This document shows positions 1-8,901 of a DNA stretch of 20,628 nt, in pieces; the stretch's first letter is position 1, and every line of letters begins with the position of its first letter. The translations under genes and the position numbers were made by a program. Origin of the DNA: Gemmatimonadota bacterium (GTDB lineage Bacteria; Gemmatimonadota; Gemmatimonadetes; Palauibacterales; KS3-K002); contig JBDHJS010000055.1 of assembly GCA_039586795.1 (NCBI GenBank), positions 1-20,628 of the forward strand, in the 5' to 3' direction. Under the pieces are notes generated by a model, which searched no databases, was not told where the DNA came from, and saw only the letters and a program-made list of their open reading frames with translations.

Positions 1-576
1 CGTCGCCACCACCAGCACCATGAACGAGGCGTGCAACTGCATCGTGAGAACGCTCGCGGCGGCCAGCGCAGCGCTCGGCCAGAAGCGCGGCTCCGATCGG
101 AGCCGATAGGCGCACGCGAGATGGATCGCCGCGGGGAGAAAGACGAAGCCCGGCTCCCACAGGAACGAGGAGTGGAACAGCCGCCAGGGCGACAACCAAT
201 AGACGGCTAGGAAGAAGACGGTGGACCTGTCGCCGATCGCGCGACGAAGCGTAAGACCGAGAACCGAAACCGCGGCGAGGTGCGTCAGTGACATCATCAG
301 CGCCGGCGCTCTGAAATCGGGCCAGATCTTGAGCGAGCCGCCGATCAACAGCTGAAGCAGCGAGCCCGGGATCCGTCCGCCGCCGCTCATCGGCTTGGCG
401 AACGGCTGGAGCGGGCCGCCCTGGGCCCAGTCGTAGCCCAGCGCCAGCAGCGTTAGCTGATCTCCCGCGACCCAGTGACGCGACCAGAGGAAGAACTGGA
501 ACAGCGTACCGACAGCCAGAATGGCGATCGCAGCGTTTCGAACGCGTCGATCCGCAGTGTTGTCGAGAGCAGCGAT
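1..576 (-). CDS. Polytopic membrane protein, probable GT-C-fold (ArnT/PMT-like) glycosyltransferase; runs off the window at its 3' end; start uncertain
   Basis: Manual translation of the minus frame, open from 630 to 1 and absent from the ORF track: ...RNAAIAILAVGTLFQFFLWSRHWVAGDQLTLLALGYDWAQGGPLQPFAKPMSGGGRIPGSLLQLLIGGSLKIWPDFRAPALMMSLTHLAAVSVLGLTLRRAIGDRSTVFFLAVYWLSPWRLFHSSFLWEPGFVFLPAAIHLACAYRLRSEPRFWPSAALAAASVLTMQLHASFMVLVVAT. A first TM helix followed by an Asp (GDQ) and further hydrophobic helices fits GT-C enzymes (inference). A GGAGGT SD at 581-586 precedes an in-frame ATC at 574-576. Confidence 0.65.
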   Translation of the reverse strand, partial: MAALDNTADRRVRNAAIAILAVGTLFQFFLWSRHWVAGDQLTLLALGYDWAQGGPLQPFAKPMSGGGRIPGSLLQLLIGGSLKIWPDFRAPALMMSLTHLAAVSVLGLTLRRAIGDRSTVFFLAVYWLSPWRLFHSSFLWEPGFVFLPAAIHLACAYRLRSEPRFWPSAALAAASVLTMQLHASFMVLVVAT

Positions 577-655
577 GGGGACCTCCGGTAGACCGGGCTC
601 GAGAATCGAGAGAATATGACGCGGCCGTTCTCATCGATCAACGTGCAAGACACAA

Positions 656-685
656 GAGCCTGTCCCTCACCCGAGGGACAGGCTC
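656..685 (-). terminator. Probable intrinsic terminator of the VOC gene
   Basis: Perfect 13-bp stem GAGCCTGTCCCTC-ACCC-GAGGGACAGGCTC, 24 nt past the VOC stop codon. It is followed on the minus strand by TTGTGTCTT. Confidence 0.75.
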
Positions 686-709
686 CGATACCGCGGATTG
701 CAGCGAGTG

Positions 710-1489
710 CTACTTGGCGGCCGTCGAGTGAATCGCGAACGCCGCACCTTGCGGGTCCATGCAATAAGCGATTAGGTCGCCTCCCGGCACTGGCTCGGGG
801 CCGTGGAGGATTTGGCCGCCGAGGTTCTTGATCTGCTCGGCCGACGCGTTCACATCATCGACGCTGATGTAGAGCATCCAGGCCGGCGGACCGGGCATCT
901 CCGGCGGCTTGTTGAACATTGCGCCCAGCGGATGGGCGCCGCGGCCGTACATGTGGTACATGTTGCCCTCGCCCATGTCCATCGTCTCGGTTGCCTGCCA
1001 ACCGAACAGCTTCGAGTAGAAGTCCCAGGCGCCCTCCCAGTCCGTGGTCGCTAGCTCATGCCACGAGAAGTCGCCCTTCAACGGGGGGTCATCGCTGCCC
1101 GGCGCCTCTTCTACCGCCGTGAACAGCGCGATCACGGCGCCCTGCGGATCGGCGAGCACCGCGAACTTGCCGACCGTCGGGATATCGGTCACCGGATGCA
1201 TGATCTTACCGCCCAACTCCTCTGCCTTCGCGCAGGTGCCGGCGATGTCCGGCGTGTAGACGTAAGTGATCCAGTGCGGCGGGATCTGCTGCGCCACCAA
1301 CTCCGGCGGCAGCGACATCACTCCGCCCAGTGGCTTCTGATTGTTGGTGAACATCACATACGGGTTCTCGCCGCCCTCCCACACGTCGGTACCCCAGCCG
1401 GCGATCTCCGTATAGAACGCCTTTGCCGCATCCGGGTCCGGCGTCATGAGATCGTACCAGCTGAAACGGCCAAGCGGTGAGTCAGACAT
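710..1489 (-). CDS. VOC-family (glyoxalase/bleomycin resistance) two-domain protein, CFP32-like
   Basis: 259 aa with two tandem VOC domains: FSWYDLMTPDPDAAKAFY...DPQGA and FSWHELATTDWEGAWDFY...DPQGA. AAGGAGG SD upstream of the ATG. Confidence 0.92.
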   Translation of the reverse strand: MSDSPLGRFSWYDLMTPDPDAAKAFYTEIAGWGTDVWEGGENPYVMFTNNQKPLGGVMSLPPELVAQQIPPHWITYVYTPDIAGTCAKAEELGGKIMHPVTDIPTVGKFAVLADPQGAVIALFTAVEEAPGSDDPPLKGDFSWHELATTDWEGAWDFYSKLFGWQATETMDMGEGNMYHMYGRGAHPLGAMFNKPPEMPGPPAWMLYISVDDVNASAEQIKNLGGQILHGPEPVPGGDLIAYCMDPQGAAFAIHSTAAK

Positions 1490-1531
1490 TAGGGGCCTCC
1501 TTCACTGCTATTTGATGGTTGGGTCACGTGG

Positions 1532-3961
1532 CTACTCTTCCAGGAGTTGGGTCAATCGCTCATGCGCATAATCGACGAGCGACTGATACTCCGGGTCGGC
1601 TTGCGACCAGAGTTCGAGGAATCGGTTGTAGTGGCGGGCCGCTTCCTCTGGGCGACCCAGCTTCTCGTGCATCTCGGCTCGCCGGAAATGCGACACACCC
1701 AGAAACGCTACGTCATAGGTCGAGTGTTCTAGGAATGAGCGATACCAGTCGGCCGCTTCTTCGTAGCGTCCAAGAGTGTTGAGCAGCTCGGCCCGCATGT
1801 AACGCTCGTAGGTGAGGGCGTAGAACGAAGAGCTGACCGTGAGCAGGTAACTGCGGGTCATCGGTGCCTGCTCCAGTATCTCCAGTGCCTCCCGCGCATT
1901 TCCCTGGGTCCAGGCGATCTGCGCGAGGATTCCTTGCACCTGATCGCGGGCCAGGGCCTGAGCCTCTGGCGTGCCCCCCATGCTGCCAAGCTCCCGGGCG
2001 TATCGTCGGGCCTCGGCCTCGTTATCCAACCGCGCGCTCAGCAGTCCCAATAGATAGACGCGGAGCTGCTCGTGTAGATCATCATGTGGCACGGCGTAAG
2101 GGTCGGGAGGCGGGATCTCAGCCGGCGGGTCCCAGGCCACCAGTTCCGCCCGCAGATTTTCCAATTCCGTCTCAGGCCTCGCAAAGAAGGCAACCAGTGA
2201 GAAGAGTGCTCTGTGCTCCAGGGCTGCGGCGTAGTCCAGTGGTTGGGCGGCGGTAAGCTGTTGACTGGCGGCCTCCCAACGTCCCCGGGCCAGGTCCAGA
2301 TTTGTCATCACCACGTGCCCCGAGACACGCACCGCGGCGGAGCGAGACGGCTGGATGATGGATTCAGTGATCTCCGCCGCGCCGTCCACATCGTCGGTGA
2401 AGACGGAAACGTTGTACGCCGCATTGTTGCGCGCGTTGTCGCTGGCCAACGCCAGGTCGGCCAGCACCTGTTGCTTGGCCGCTTCGTCTTCGAGACCGTA
2501 CGCCAGCAGCGCATTCATGTAGAGTGCGTAGTCACCGCCGGGCTGATAGGCGAGCGCCAGACGAATCAGCGAATCCAGCTCTTCGGGCTGCTTTTCGACC
2601 GACGCGATCCGCGCCATATGGACGAGCGCCGGCACGTGGTTGGGCTCGAAGAACAAGACCCGCTCCCACGCTTCCCGGGACACGGTAATCGATTGTCCTC
2701 GATGGGGCCCGTAGTGGAATAGCAACTCGCCCAACTGCCACCAAACCTCGATGTCGTCGGGATGCGTGCCGAGGATCGATCGGTACAACCGCTCTGCCTG
2801 GTCCGCGTCACCTTCACGCCACAGCATGAATGCCTGCAGAACACGACGATCGTGGTCTGTGAGGCGATTGCTCAACTGCGCGGCCTGCTCGGCGTAGCTC
2901 CCTGCTCGGTCTGGCTGTACCAGCCATTCGGCGACGATGCTCAGACGGTAGTAGGCCAGGGCGAAAGCGCTGTCTTCGATGACGGCGCGTTGGAAGGCGG
3001 AGAGCGCTTGTTCGAACCGACCGGCTCGAAACGCGCTCTCGCCCTCCAGGTACGCCCTCAGAGCCGGGAGTGAGTGCGTCGTGACGGTTGCGATTCCCGT
3101 GGATCCGCTGCTGCCGCCGGCTCGTCCGACGAGCAGTTGCGCGGCCAGTTCGTCGACCGCCGCGAAGATCTCGTCTACGGCCGATTCGGCCGATGCCGTT
3201 GCGACGGGCTCGCTCCCCTGACTCACGTCGTACAGAGCCGCCTCCAGGTGGAGTTGTCCACCGATCTCGAGGACGTCGCCCAACACGAAGAGCCCGGCTC
3301 CGAAACTACCCGCCAGCGCTCCCGCTCGCGCCGGGTCGATCTGGTCCACGGCATCTCGTTCGATGGCTCCGAGCAGCGCCCGCGGGTCCACGGTGCGTAG
3401 ATCGCCGGCGCCGTCGAGCTTCGTGCCCAGCAGGTTGACCATCCCCTCGCCCAGATAGGCGTACTCGTCGCTGCCGCGGACCGAGAAGGGAAGCACGGCG
3501 ACACGCGTGCCGCCCGTGCCGTACATCGCAACCGGTACCTCTCGCGTGGGTGTGCCGGCGACCAACAGCCAGCCCGCCGAGAAGACACCAAAGAGCGCGA
3601 ATGCGAATACGCCGCCCATGATGGCGTTCCGCCATGTGAAGAGTTCTCGCCACGCAAAGCCGGGTGCGCCGGGCTCGGCTACCACCGCTTCGACGTGGGC
3701 ATCAGCCTCTGGGAGAAGCGTGGGGTCACGATGCGATGAAGGGCGAAAGCCCTCCTGCAGGAACGCCGTCGCCAGAACGATCGGCAGCCCCACGATGAAC
3801 AGCACCAAAGCCAGCGCCGGGAACCAGCTCGGAAGATCCAGACCCTCTGTGAGCCCTTGGACCACCGAGTAGCCGACCCAGCCACCCACCACGTAGATGG
3901 CCAGGACCTGCCACAAGGAACGGCGGTGTATTTCGCTGATCAGCTGTCTAAGAGTCGACAT
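1532..3961 (-). CDS. Membrane-anchored TolB-like domain plus tetratricopeptide-repeat protein
   Basis: The likely start is MSTLRQLISEIHRRSLWQV (ATG at 3959-3961, GAGG just upstream) rather than 4168. It has three hydrophobic segments, then RVAVLPF...YLGEGMVNLL (TolB-like domain), then ALRAYLEGE...FALAYYRL and a long run of TPR-like helices. 809 aa. Confidence 0.8.
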   Translation of the reverse strand: MSTLRQLISEIHRRSLWQVLAIYVVGGWVGYSVVQGLTEGLDLPSWFPALALVLFIVGLPIVLATAFLQEGFRPSSHRDPTLLPEADAHVEAVVAEPGAPGFAWRELFTWRNAIMGGVFAFALFGVFSAGWLLVAGTPTREVPVAMYGTGGTRVAVLPFSVRGSDEYAYLGEGMVNLLGTKLDGAGDLRTVDPRALLGAIERDAVDQIDPARAGALAGSFGAGLFVLGDVLEIGGQLHLEAALYDVSQGSEPVATASAESAVDEIFAAVDELAAQLLVGRAGGSSGSTGIATVTTHSLPALRAYLEGESAFRAGRFEQALSAFQRAVIEDSAFALAYYRLSIVAEWLVQPDRAGSYAEQAAQLSNRLTDHDRRVLQAFMLWREGDADQAERLYRSILGTHPDDIEVWWQLGELLFHYGPHRGQSITVSREAWERVLFFEPNHVPALVHMARIASVEKQPEELDSLIRLALAYQPGGDYALYMNALLAYGLEDEAAKQQVLADLALASDNARNNAAYNVSVFTDDVDGAAEITESIIQPSRSAAVRVSGHVVMTNLDLARGRWEAASQQLTAAQPLDYAAALEHRALFSLVAFFARPETELENLRAELVAWDPPAEIPPPDPYAVPHDDLHEQLRVYLLGLLSARLDNEAEARRYARELGSMGGTPEAQALARDQVQGILAQIAWTQGNAREALEILEQAPMTRSYLLTVSSSFYALTYERYMRAELLNTLGRYEEAADWYRSFLEHSTYDVAFLGVSHFRRAEMHEKLGRPEEAARHYNRFLELWSQADPEYQSLVDYAHERLTQLLEE

Positions 3962-4164
3962 TCCTCGATCCGTCTCGAAGCTGCCTGGGACAGTACTCGC
4001 CGGATTGCGGGTAGCAACATGTGTTGCTGGGGCCCACCGATCAACCGGAACGGCCGGCCTACGTAGTAGAAACGTGCCAGCAGGACGGGGGGTTTCGCAC
4101 GGGGTGAGGTGGTATTGATAGTATGGAGTAAACGCTACCCACAGCCTCGTAGGAAGATTGCGCG

Positions 4165-4191
4165 TCACGACTCACCACTCACGACTCGGAC
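4165..4191 (+). repeat. Short tandem heptamer repeat
   Basis: TCACGAC TCACCAC TCACGAC TCGGAC in the divergent intergenic region. Confidence 0.55.
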
Positions 4192-4287
4192 CTAGCGGTA
4201 ACCGCAGCTGTCTGACATACTTATAGGTTACACCATTCGCCCCGAGCGTCCTCGTGCCCGGCGCGAACCCTTTGTACGAGACCATAG

Positions 4288-5541
4288 ATGAGCCAGCTGA
4301 CCAGCAGCGTTGACGACCGCTATTTGACCGACGAGCACCGTATGCTCCGGGAGATGGTCCGGGAGTTTGCCGAGAACGAGATCGCTCCCATCGCCGGGGA
4401 AGTCGACCGCGAGGCGCGTTTCCCTTGGGAGAACGTGCCCAAGATGGCGGAGCTGGGTCTGTTCGGTGTGCCGTGGCCGGAGGAGTACGGCGGCGTCGGC
4501 ATGGACGTGCTGGCGGGCTCGATTGTCAGCGAGGAGATGGCCAAGGTCTGTCCGTCCCATGCGATCACCGTGGGCGCGACGATCAGTCTGGCGGCCAGCC
4601 CAATCTATCATTTTGGAAACGAAGAGCAGAAGCAGAAATATCTGACGAAGCTGGCCCAGGGGCAGGTGATGGGCGCCTTCGGCCTGACCGAACCCGAGGC
4701 GGGCTCCGATGCTCAGGGCACGCAGACGCGGGCCGAAGAAAAGAGCGACCACTGGGTGCTGAACGGCACCAAGATCTTCATCACCAACGGCGGCGTCGGC
4801 GAGATCTTCGTCGCCACCGCGGTGACGGGTGAGAAGAACGGGAACAAAGAGATCAGTTCCTTCATCTTGACGAAAGAGACGCGGGACCTGGCAGAGGCTA
4901 AGGCGGTGGGAGTCGGCCACGCCGACGACCTAGAGTACACGCCAGGTTTCACACATGGCAAGAAGGAGGACAAGCTCGGTTGGCGCGCCTCGGACACCAC
5001 AGAGCTCGTCTTCGAAGACGCGATCGTCCCCAAACAAGACATGCTGGGCGAGCGCGGGAAGGGCTTCAAGAACTTCATGCAAACCCTCGACGGAGGCCGC
5101 ATCAGCATGGCGGCGCACGTGCTGGGCATCGCCGAGGGCGCGCTGGAACACACGGTCAAATACACAGGCGAGCGCGTGCAATTCGGCACGCGCATTTGTG
5201 ACTTCCAGGGCATCCGCTTTGATCTCGCCGATTGGTGGACGCGAATCGAGGCGGGCAAACACCTGGTCTATCACGCAGCGCAGCTTCGGCAGGCCGGCAA
5301 GCCGCACAGCAAAGAAGCGGCGATGGCCAAGCTCTACTGCTCGGAGCTCGCGAATTGGGCAACGGTTAAGGCCGTCCAATTCCACGGCGGTTACGGCTAC
5401 ACGACGGACTACCCCGTGGAGCGCTTGATGCGGGACGCAAAGATCGGGGAGATCGGAGAGGGAACCTCCGAGATCCAGAGAATCGTGATCGCGCGTCATC
5501 TCCTTGGCCCGGAGAAGGTACCGGAAGGAGGCGATGCGTGA
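4288..5541 (+). CDS. Acyl-CoA dehydrogenase (short/branched-chain type)
   Basis: 417 aa with motifs [41 protein letters not shown] and [17 protein letters not shown]. Confidence 0.95.
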   Translation: MSQLTSSVDDRYLTDEHRMLREMVREFAENEIAPIAGEVDREARFPWENVPKMAELGLFGVPWPEEYGGVGMDVLAGSIVSEEMAKVCPSHAITVGATISLAASPIYHFGNEEQKQKYLTKLAQGQVMGAFGLTEPEAGSDAQGTQTRAEEKSDHWVLNGTKIFITNGGVGEIFVATAVTGEKNGNKEISSFILTKETRDLAEAKAVGVGHADDLEYTPGFTHGKKEDKLGWRASDTTELVFEDAIVPKQDMLGERGKGFKNFMQTLDGGRISMAAHVLGIAEGALEHTVKYTGERVQFGTRICDFQGIRFDLADWWTRIEAGKHLVYHAAQLRQAGKPHSKEAAMAKLYCSELANWATVKAVQFHGGYGYTTDYPVERLMRDAKIGEIGEGTSEIQRIVIARHLLGPEKVPEGGDA

Positions 5542-5565
5542 TGCACACAAAGCTAAGAGTAGGAC

Positions 5566-7077
5566 ATGAAAAGGCAGATACTCATCAATGCGGCTCCCCA
5601 CGAGACGCGAGTCGCGATACTGGAGGACAACGTCCTCGTCGAGCTCATGCTCGACCGCCCGGACGCGCAACGGATGGTGGGCGACATCTATCTGGGGCGC
5701 GTCGAAGGTGTGTTGCCCGGCATCCAGGCCGCCTTCGTCAACATAGGCACGGATAAAGCCGGGTTCCTTCACGTCTCGGACCTCGCCGACGAGGATCCGG
5801 AAGCGTCGGAGGAAGAGAAGGGCGTCAAGCGCTACCCGCCCATCCAGACCCTGATCAAGAAGGGCGATGAGATCCTTGTGCAGGTGACCAAGGAGCCCAT
5901 CAGCACCAAGGGTCCCAGAGTCACCGCCCAGGTCTCCCTGCCAGGACGCAACCTGGTCTATATGCCGAAGAGCGAGCACATCGGCGTCTCCCGAAAGATC
6001 GATAGTCGGGAGGAGCGGACACGGCTGCGCCGGCTGATGCGGAATATTCTCAAGCCGGGCGAAGGCGGTGTCATCGTTCGAACGGTGGGCGAGGACGCGA
6101 AGCGCCGGTCGCTGGAGCGCGAGCTCAAGGGACTCGCGAAGACGTGGAAGAAAGTGGAAGCGAAAGTGGTCGAGGCGCAGGCGCCCGCCATGATCCATCA
6201 GGAAGCCCACCTGGCTGCCGGCATCATCCGCGACTTGTTCAGTGAAAAGGTGGATGCGCTGATCGTCGACTCCCGGGAGATCTACATCGAGGTCCGCAAC
6301 TACCTGGAGGCTGTGGATCCTGACCTGATGAAGCGGGTCAGTTTGGACGACGGCGCCGTGTCGCTGTTCGACAAACTCGATATCGAAGAAGAGATCCGCC
6401 GCTCGTTCGACAGCCGCGTCGAGCTCCCGTCCGGTGGCTACGTGGTCATCGAACAGACTGAGGGGCTGGTGGCGATCGACGTGAACACCGGACGCTACAC
6501 CGGCAAGAAGGATCCGGAGAAGACGATCCTACGCACCAACATGGACGCGGCGCGGGAGATCGCACGTCAGCTGCGGCTGCGCGACATCGGCGGCATCATC
6601 GTCGTCGACTTCATCGACATGGAAGACAAGGCGAACCGCGACAAGGTGATGCAAGAGCTGCGCACCCACCTGGGCCGGGACCGGGCGCGTACGAAGGCGT
6701 TCCCGATCTCCGACCTGGGGCTGGTGGAGATGACCCGGCAGCGGGTGCGGCCCAGCGTCTATCACACCGTCACGCAACCGTGTCCCCACTGCGGTGGCTC
6801 CGGGCGGATCGTGAACCCGTCGACCGTGGTCCGCCGGGTCGAGCGGGCGGTGCGGCGCGTGGCAGCGGCCAAGGAAGAGAAGCGGCTGGTGATTCGGCTC
6901 CACCCGGAGGTAGCGCTACATATTCTGGAAGAAGAACCCAATCTGCTGCGGCGGCTCGAGTCGGAGTACCGGGTCGATATCGAGGTGCGGGACGATCCTT
7001 TGATGCAAGCGGATGAGTTCCGAATCTTGGCGGGGCCTGCGGACGTCGATGTGACGTCGCGGTACGCGGTAGCTTAA
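5566..7077 (+). CDS. rng: Rne/Rng family ribonuclease (RNase G-like, no long C-terminal scaffold)
   Basis: 503 aa. S1 domain GDIYLGRVEGVLPGIQAAFVNIG, catalytic IDVNTG and LRDIGGIIVVDFIDM, Zn-link CPHCGGSG. AGGA SD upstream. Confidence 0.93.
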   Translation: MKRQILINAAPHETRVAILEDNVLVELMLDRPDAQRMVGDIYLGRVEGVLPGIQAAFVNIGTDKAGFLHVSDLADEDPEASEEEKGVKRYPPIQTLIKKGDEILVQVTKEPISTKGPRVTAQVSLPGRNLVYMPKSEHIGVSRKIDSREERTRLRRLMRNILKPGEGGVIVRTVGEDAKRRSLERELKGLAKTWKKVEAKVVEAQAPAMIHQEAHLAAGIIRDLFSEKVDALIVDSREIYIEVRNYLEAVDPDLMKRVSLDDGAVSLFDKLDIEEEIRRSFDSRVELPSGGYVVIEQTEGLVAIDVNTGRYTGKKDPEKTILRTNMDAAREIARQLRLRDIGGIIVVDFIDMEDKANRDKVMQELRTHLGRDRARTKAFPISDLGLVEMTRQRVRPSVYHTVTQPCPHCGGSGRIVNPSTVVRRVERAVRRVAAAKEEKRLVIRLHPEVALHILEEEPNLLRRLESEYRVDIEVRDDPLMQADEFRILAGPADVDVTSRYAVA

Positions 7078-7083
7078 AGAGGA

Positions 7084-7106
7084 AAGGCCCGGCTGTGCCG
7101 GGCCTT
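7084..7106 (+). terminator. Palindromic hairpin after rng (terminator or REP-like; stem identical to 8135-8157)
   Basis: AAGGCCCGGC-TGT-GCCGGGCCTT, a 10-bp perfect stem followed by ACATTT. Confidence 0.65.
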
Positions 7107-7113
7107 ACATTTC

Positions 7114-7173
7114 GACAGCCGACAGCGGACAGCCGTCGCTCCACGGCCGAGGACAATTCGGCGATCGAGGTTC
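7114..7173 (+). repeat. Dispersed 60-bp intergenic element, copy 1
   Basis: GACAGCC GACAGCG GACAGCC GTCGCTCCACGGC CGAGGACAATTCGGCGATCGAGGTTC; 54/60 identical to copy 3. Confidence 0.9.
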
Positions 7174-7214
7174 GATTTCCGACGGTCTTCGGGCAGCGGA
7201 CGGTCGTTGTGACG

Positions 7215-7243
7215 TTGACATGTAGGGCACGTTGGGATAGCCT
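7215..7243 (+). promoter_or_regulatory. Sigma-70-type promoter for rplU-rpmA
   Basis: Consensus -35 TTGACA (7215-7220), 17-bp spacer, -10 TAGCCT (7238-7243), ending about 45 nt before the rplU start. Confidence 0.7.
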
Positions 7244-7287
7244 TTAGGGCTCTCATAAACTACGACTTATTGGTGGGTGTTAGGGCT

Positions 7288-7842
7288 GTGACATACGCGA
7301 TTTTCAAGGCCGCAGGCTTCCAATATCGCGCCGAGTTGGGCGACGTTTTGCGCCTCCCATCGTTGGATGCGGAGTCGGGCGACGAGGTGACGTTCGACCA
7401 GGTGCTGCTGGGGTCGAACGAGGGTGAAGTGATGATCGGGCGGCCGACGTTGGATGGCGCTGCCGTGCGTGCGGAAGTGCTACGCCACGGGCGAGCGGAC
7501 AAGATCATCGTCTTCAGGTTCAAGCGCCGCAAGAACGTGCGCCGCAAGACGGGTCATCGACAGGACTTTACCGAAATACGGGTCAGCCAGATCGACTTCG
7601 GTGGGGACAAGGTCGTGAAGCTGGAGCCGGCGAAGGAGCCCGCCAAGAAGAAGGCGGCGCCGAAGAAGGCCGAGGCGGCGACGGTAAAGAAGAAGGCTCC
7701 GGCCAAGAAGCCGACGACCAAGAAGAAGGCGCCGGCCAAGCCGAAGGCCGAGACGAAGAAGAAGACGACGACGGCCAAGGCGAAGCCGAAGACCGAGGCC
7801 AAGGCCAAGACGACGACGAAGTCCAAGAAGAAGAAATCCTAG
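7288..7842 (+). CDS. rplU: 50S ribosomal protein L21 with a Lys/Ala/Thr-rich C-terminal extension
   Basis: (M)[18 protein letters not shown]...[28 protein letters not shown] is the L21 signature. GTG at 7288 best matches the usual N-terminus. It lies directly upstream of rpmA. Confidence 0.95.
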   Translation: MTYAIFKAAGFQYRAELGDVLRLPSLDAESGDEVTFDQVLLGSNEGEVMIGRPTLDGAAVRAEVLRHGRADKIIVFRFKRRKNVRRKTGHRQDFTEIRVSQIDFGGDKVVKLEPAKEPAKKKAAPKKAEAATVKKKAPAKKPTTKKKAPAKPKAETKKKTTTAKAKPKTEAKAKTTTKSKKKKS

Positions 7843-7856
7843 CAGGGACGGCCAGC

Positions 7857-8111
7857 ATGGCTCATAAGAAAGCAGGCGGATCGACGCGCAACGGCCGCGA
7901 CAGCAATCCTAAGTTCTTGGGTGTGAAGAAGTACGGCGGTCAGTTCGTGCGCGCGGGTAACATCATCATGCGGCAGCGTGGAACGAAGATTCATCCGGGT
8001 CGCAATGTCGGCAAAGGCGGTGATGATACGTTGTTCGCGTTGGCGGATGGGTATGTTTCGTTTGGGACTATGCGTGGTAGGAAGGTTGTTTCTGTGGTCG
8101 CAGAAGCCTAA
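7857..8111 (+). CDS. rpmA: 50S ribosomal protein L27
   Basis: [24 protein letters not shown]...[24 protein letters not shown], 84 aa. Confidence 0.98.
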   Translation: MAHKKAGGSTRNGRDSNPKFLGVKKYGGQFVRAGNIIMRQRGTKIHPGRNVGKGGDDTLFALADGYVSFGTMRGRKVVSVVAEA

Positions 8112-8134
8112 CGCTGTGGGGTTTCTAATATGAT

Positions 8135-8166
8135 AAGGCCCGGCTTTGCCGGGCCTTTCTTATTTT
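8135..8166 (+). terminator. Intrinsic terminator of rplU-rpmA
   Basis: AAGGCCCGGC-TTT-GCCGGGCCTT followed by TCTTATTTT. Confidence 0.8.
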
Positions 8167-8226
8167 GACAGCGGACAGCCGACGGCCGCGTACCGACGAC
8201 CGAGGACAATTCGGCGATCGACGTTC
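8167..8226 (+). repeat. Dispersed 60-bp intergenic element, copy 2
   Basis: GACAGCG GACAGCC GACGGCC GCGTACCGACGAC CGAGGACAATTCGGCGATCGACGTTC; 50/60 identical to copy 3, with the last 26 nt identical. Confidence 0.9.
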
Positions 8227-8256
8227 TGCGCTCGGCCGCATCCATTCCCTCAACGT

Positions 8257-8287
8257 TCCGTGCTCCGTGCCCAATGTTCATTGTTCG
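8257..8287 (-). repeat. TGAACAT heptamer-family repeat downstream of dinB
   Basis: The minus strand reads CGAACAA TGAACAT TGGGCAC GGAGCAC GGA; 24/31 identical to 9883-9913 on the plus strand. Confidence 0.75.
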
Positions 8288-8290
8288 ATC

Positions 8291-8803
8291 TCAATCGAAA
8301 CCCATCGTGTCGTCGGCCGAGGGGCCATAGGTGCCGGGTAACGGGACGTCAAGCAGTCTTAGAAAGACCGTTAGCTGACCCCGGTGGTGGATGATGTGGT
8401 TCAGGTTCATGCGTATGACGGATAGCCGCGATTGGGTGAAGATGTCTCGGCCGCCGGCCTTTAGGGTCCAGGGTTCGGAGAAGGCATCCTCTTTGGTGGC
8501 CCGGATGGTGTCGACCATCTGGGCCAGGTTGGTGTCGAACAGCTCGACGATCTCGGATACGGAATCGAGCATCGTCGGCACGAACGGAGGGCCGCCGGGT
8601 GGCATGATGTCTAGCTCGTCCAGCTTCAGGGCGTTCACGCCCCATGTGGGCAGCTCGGCCAGGTGCGTCGCCAGGCGACTCAGTGGCATCGACTTCTCGT
8701 GCGGCTTCCAGCTCAGCTGGTCCTCGGGAACACGCTCCAGCAGCCGACGCGTTGCAGCCGCCTCTTGCTCGATCTCCGGAAGTAAGAATTCGGCGATGGA
8801 CAC
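8291..8803 (-). CDS. DinB/YfiT-family protein (four-helix, His-triad metalloprotein; not DNA polymerase IV)
   Basis: 170 aa with WKPHEKSMPLSRLATHLAE and NHIIHHRGQLTVFLRLLDVPLPGTYGPSAD. GTG start with AGGAGG SD. Confidence 0.9.
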   Translation of the reverse strand: MSIAEFLLPEIEQEAAATRRLLERVPEDQLSWKPHEKSMPLSRLATHLAELPTWGVNALKLDELDIMPPGGPPFVPTMLDSVSEIVELFDTNLAQMVDTIRATKEDAFSEPWTLKAGGRDIFTQSRLSVIRMNLNHIIHHRGQLTVFLRLLDVPLPGTYGPSADDTMGFD

Positions 8804-8901
8804 GGGTGCCTCCTACGGTCGGGGTTGTCTGGATTGGGAATCGAACTTATGAAACGATGTTTCGACGATCAAGAAAACGTGTCATCTAACTCGAGGTTCC
8901 A

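Noticed and set aside
4066..4080. Sigma-54 promoter for the TPR gene (minus strand TGGCACGTTTCTACT)
   Set aside because: The -24 element is good, but the -12 GC is missing.
3962..4168. N-terminal extensions in the ORF track (also 12901-12981, 14939-15058, 17855-18175)
   Set aside because: They are not protein-like and they overlap repeats or promoters. Downstream starts have SD sites and family-typical N-termini.
4930..6210. 426-aa minus-strand ORF and other long overlapping ORFs
   Set aside because: These are antisense or alternate-frame shadows of well-supported genes, as expected in GC-rich DNA.
8851..8863. LexA/SOS box upstream of dinB
   Set aside because: GAAAC-N3-GTTTC fits neither GAAC-N4-GTTC nor CTGT-N8-ACAG.
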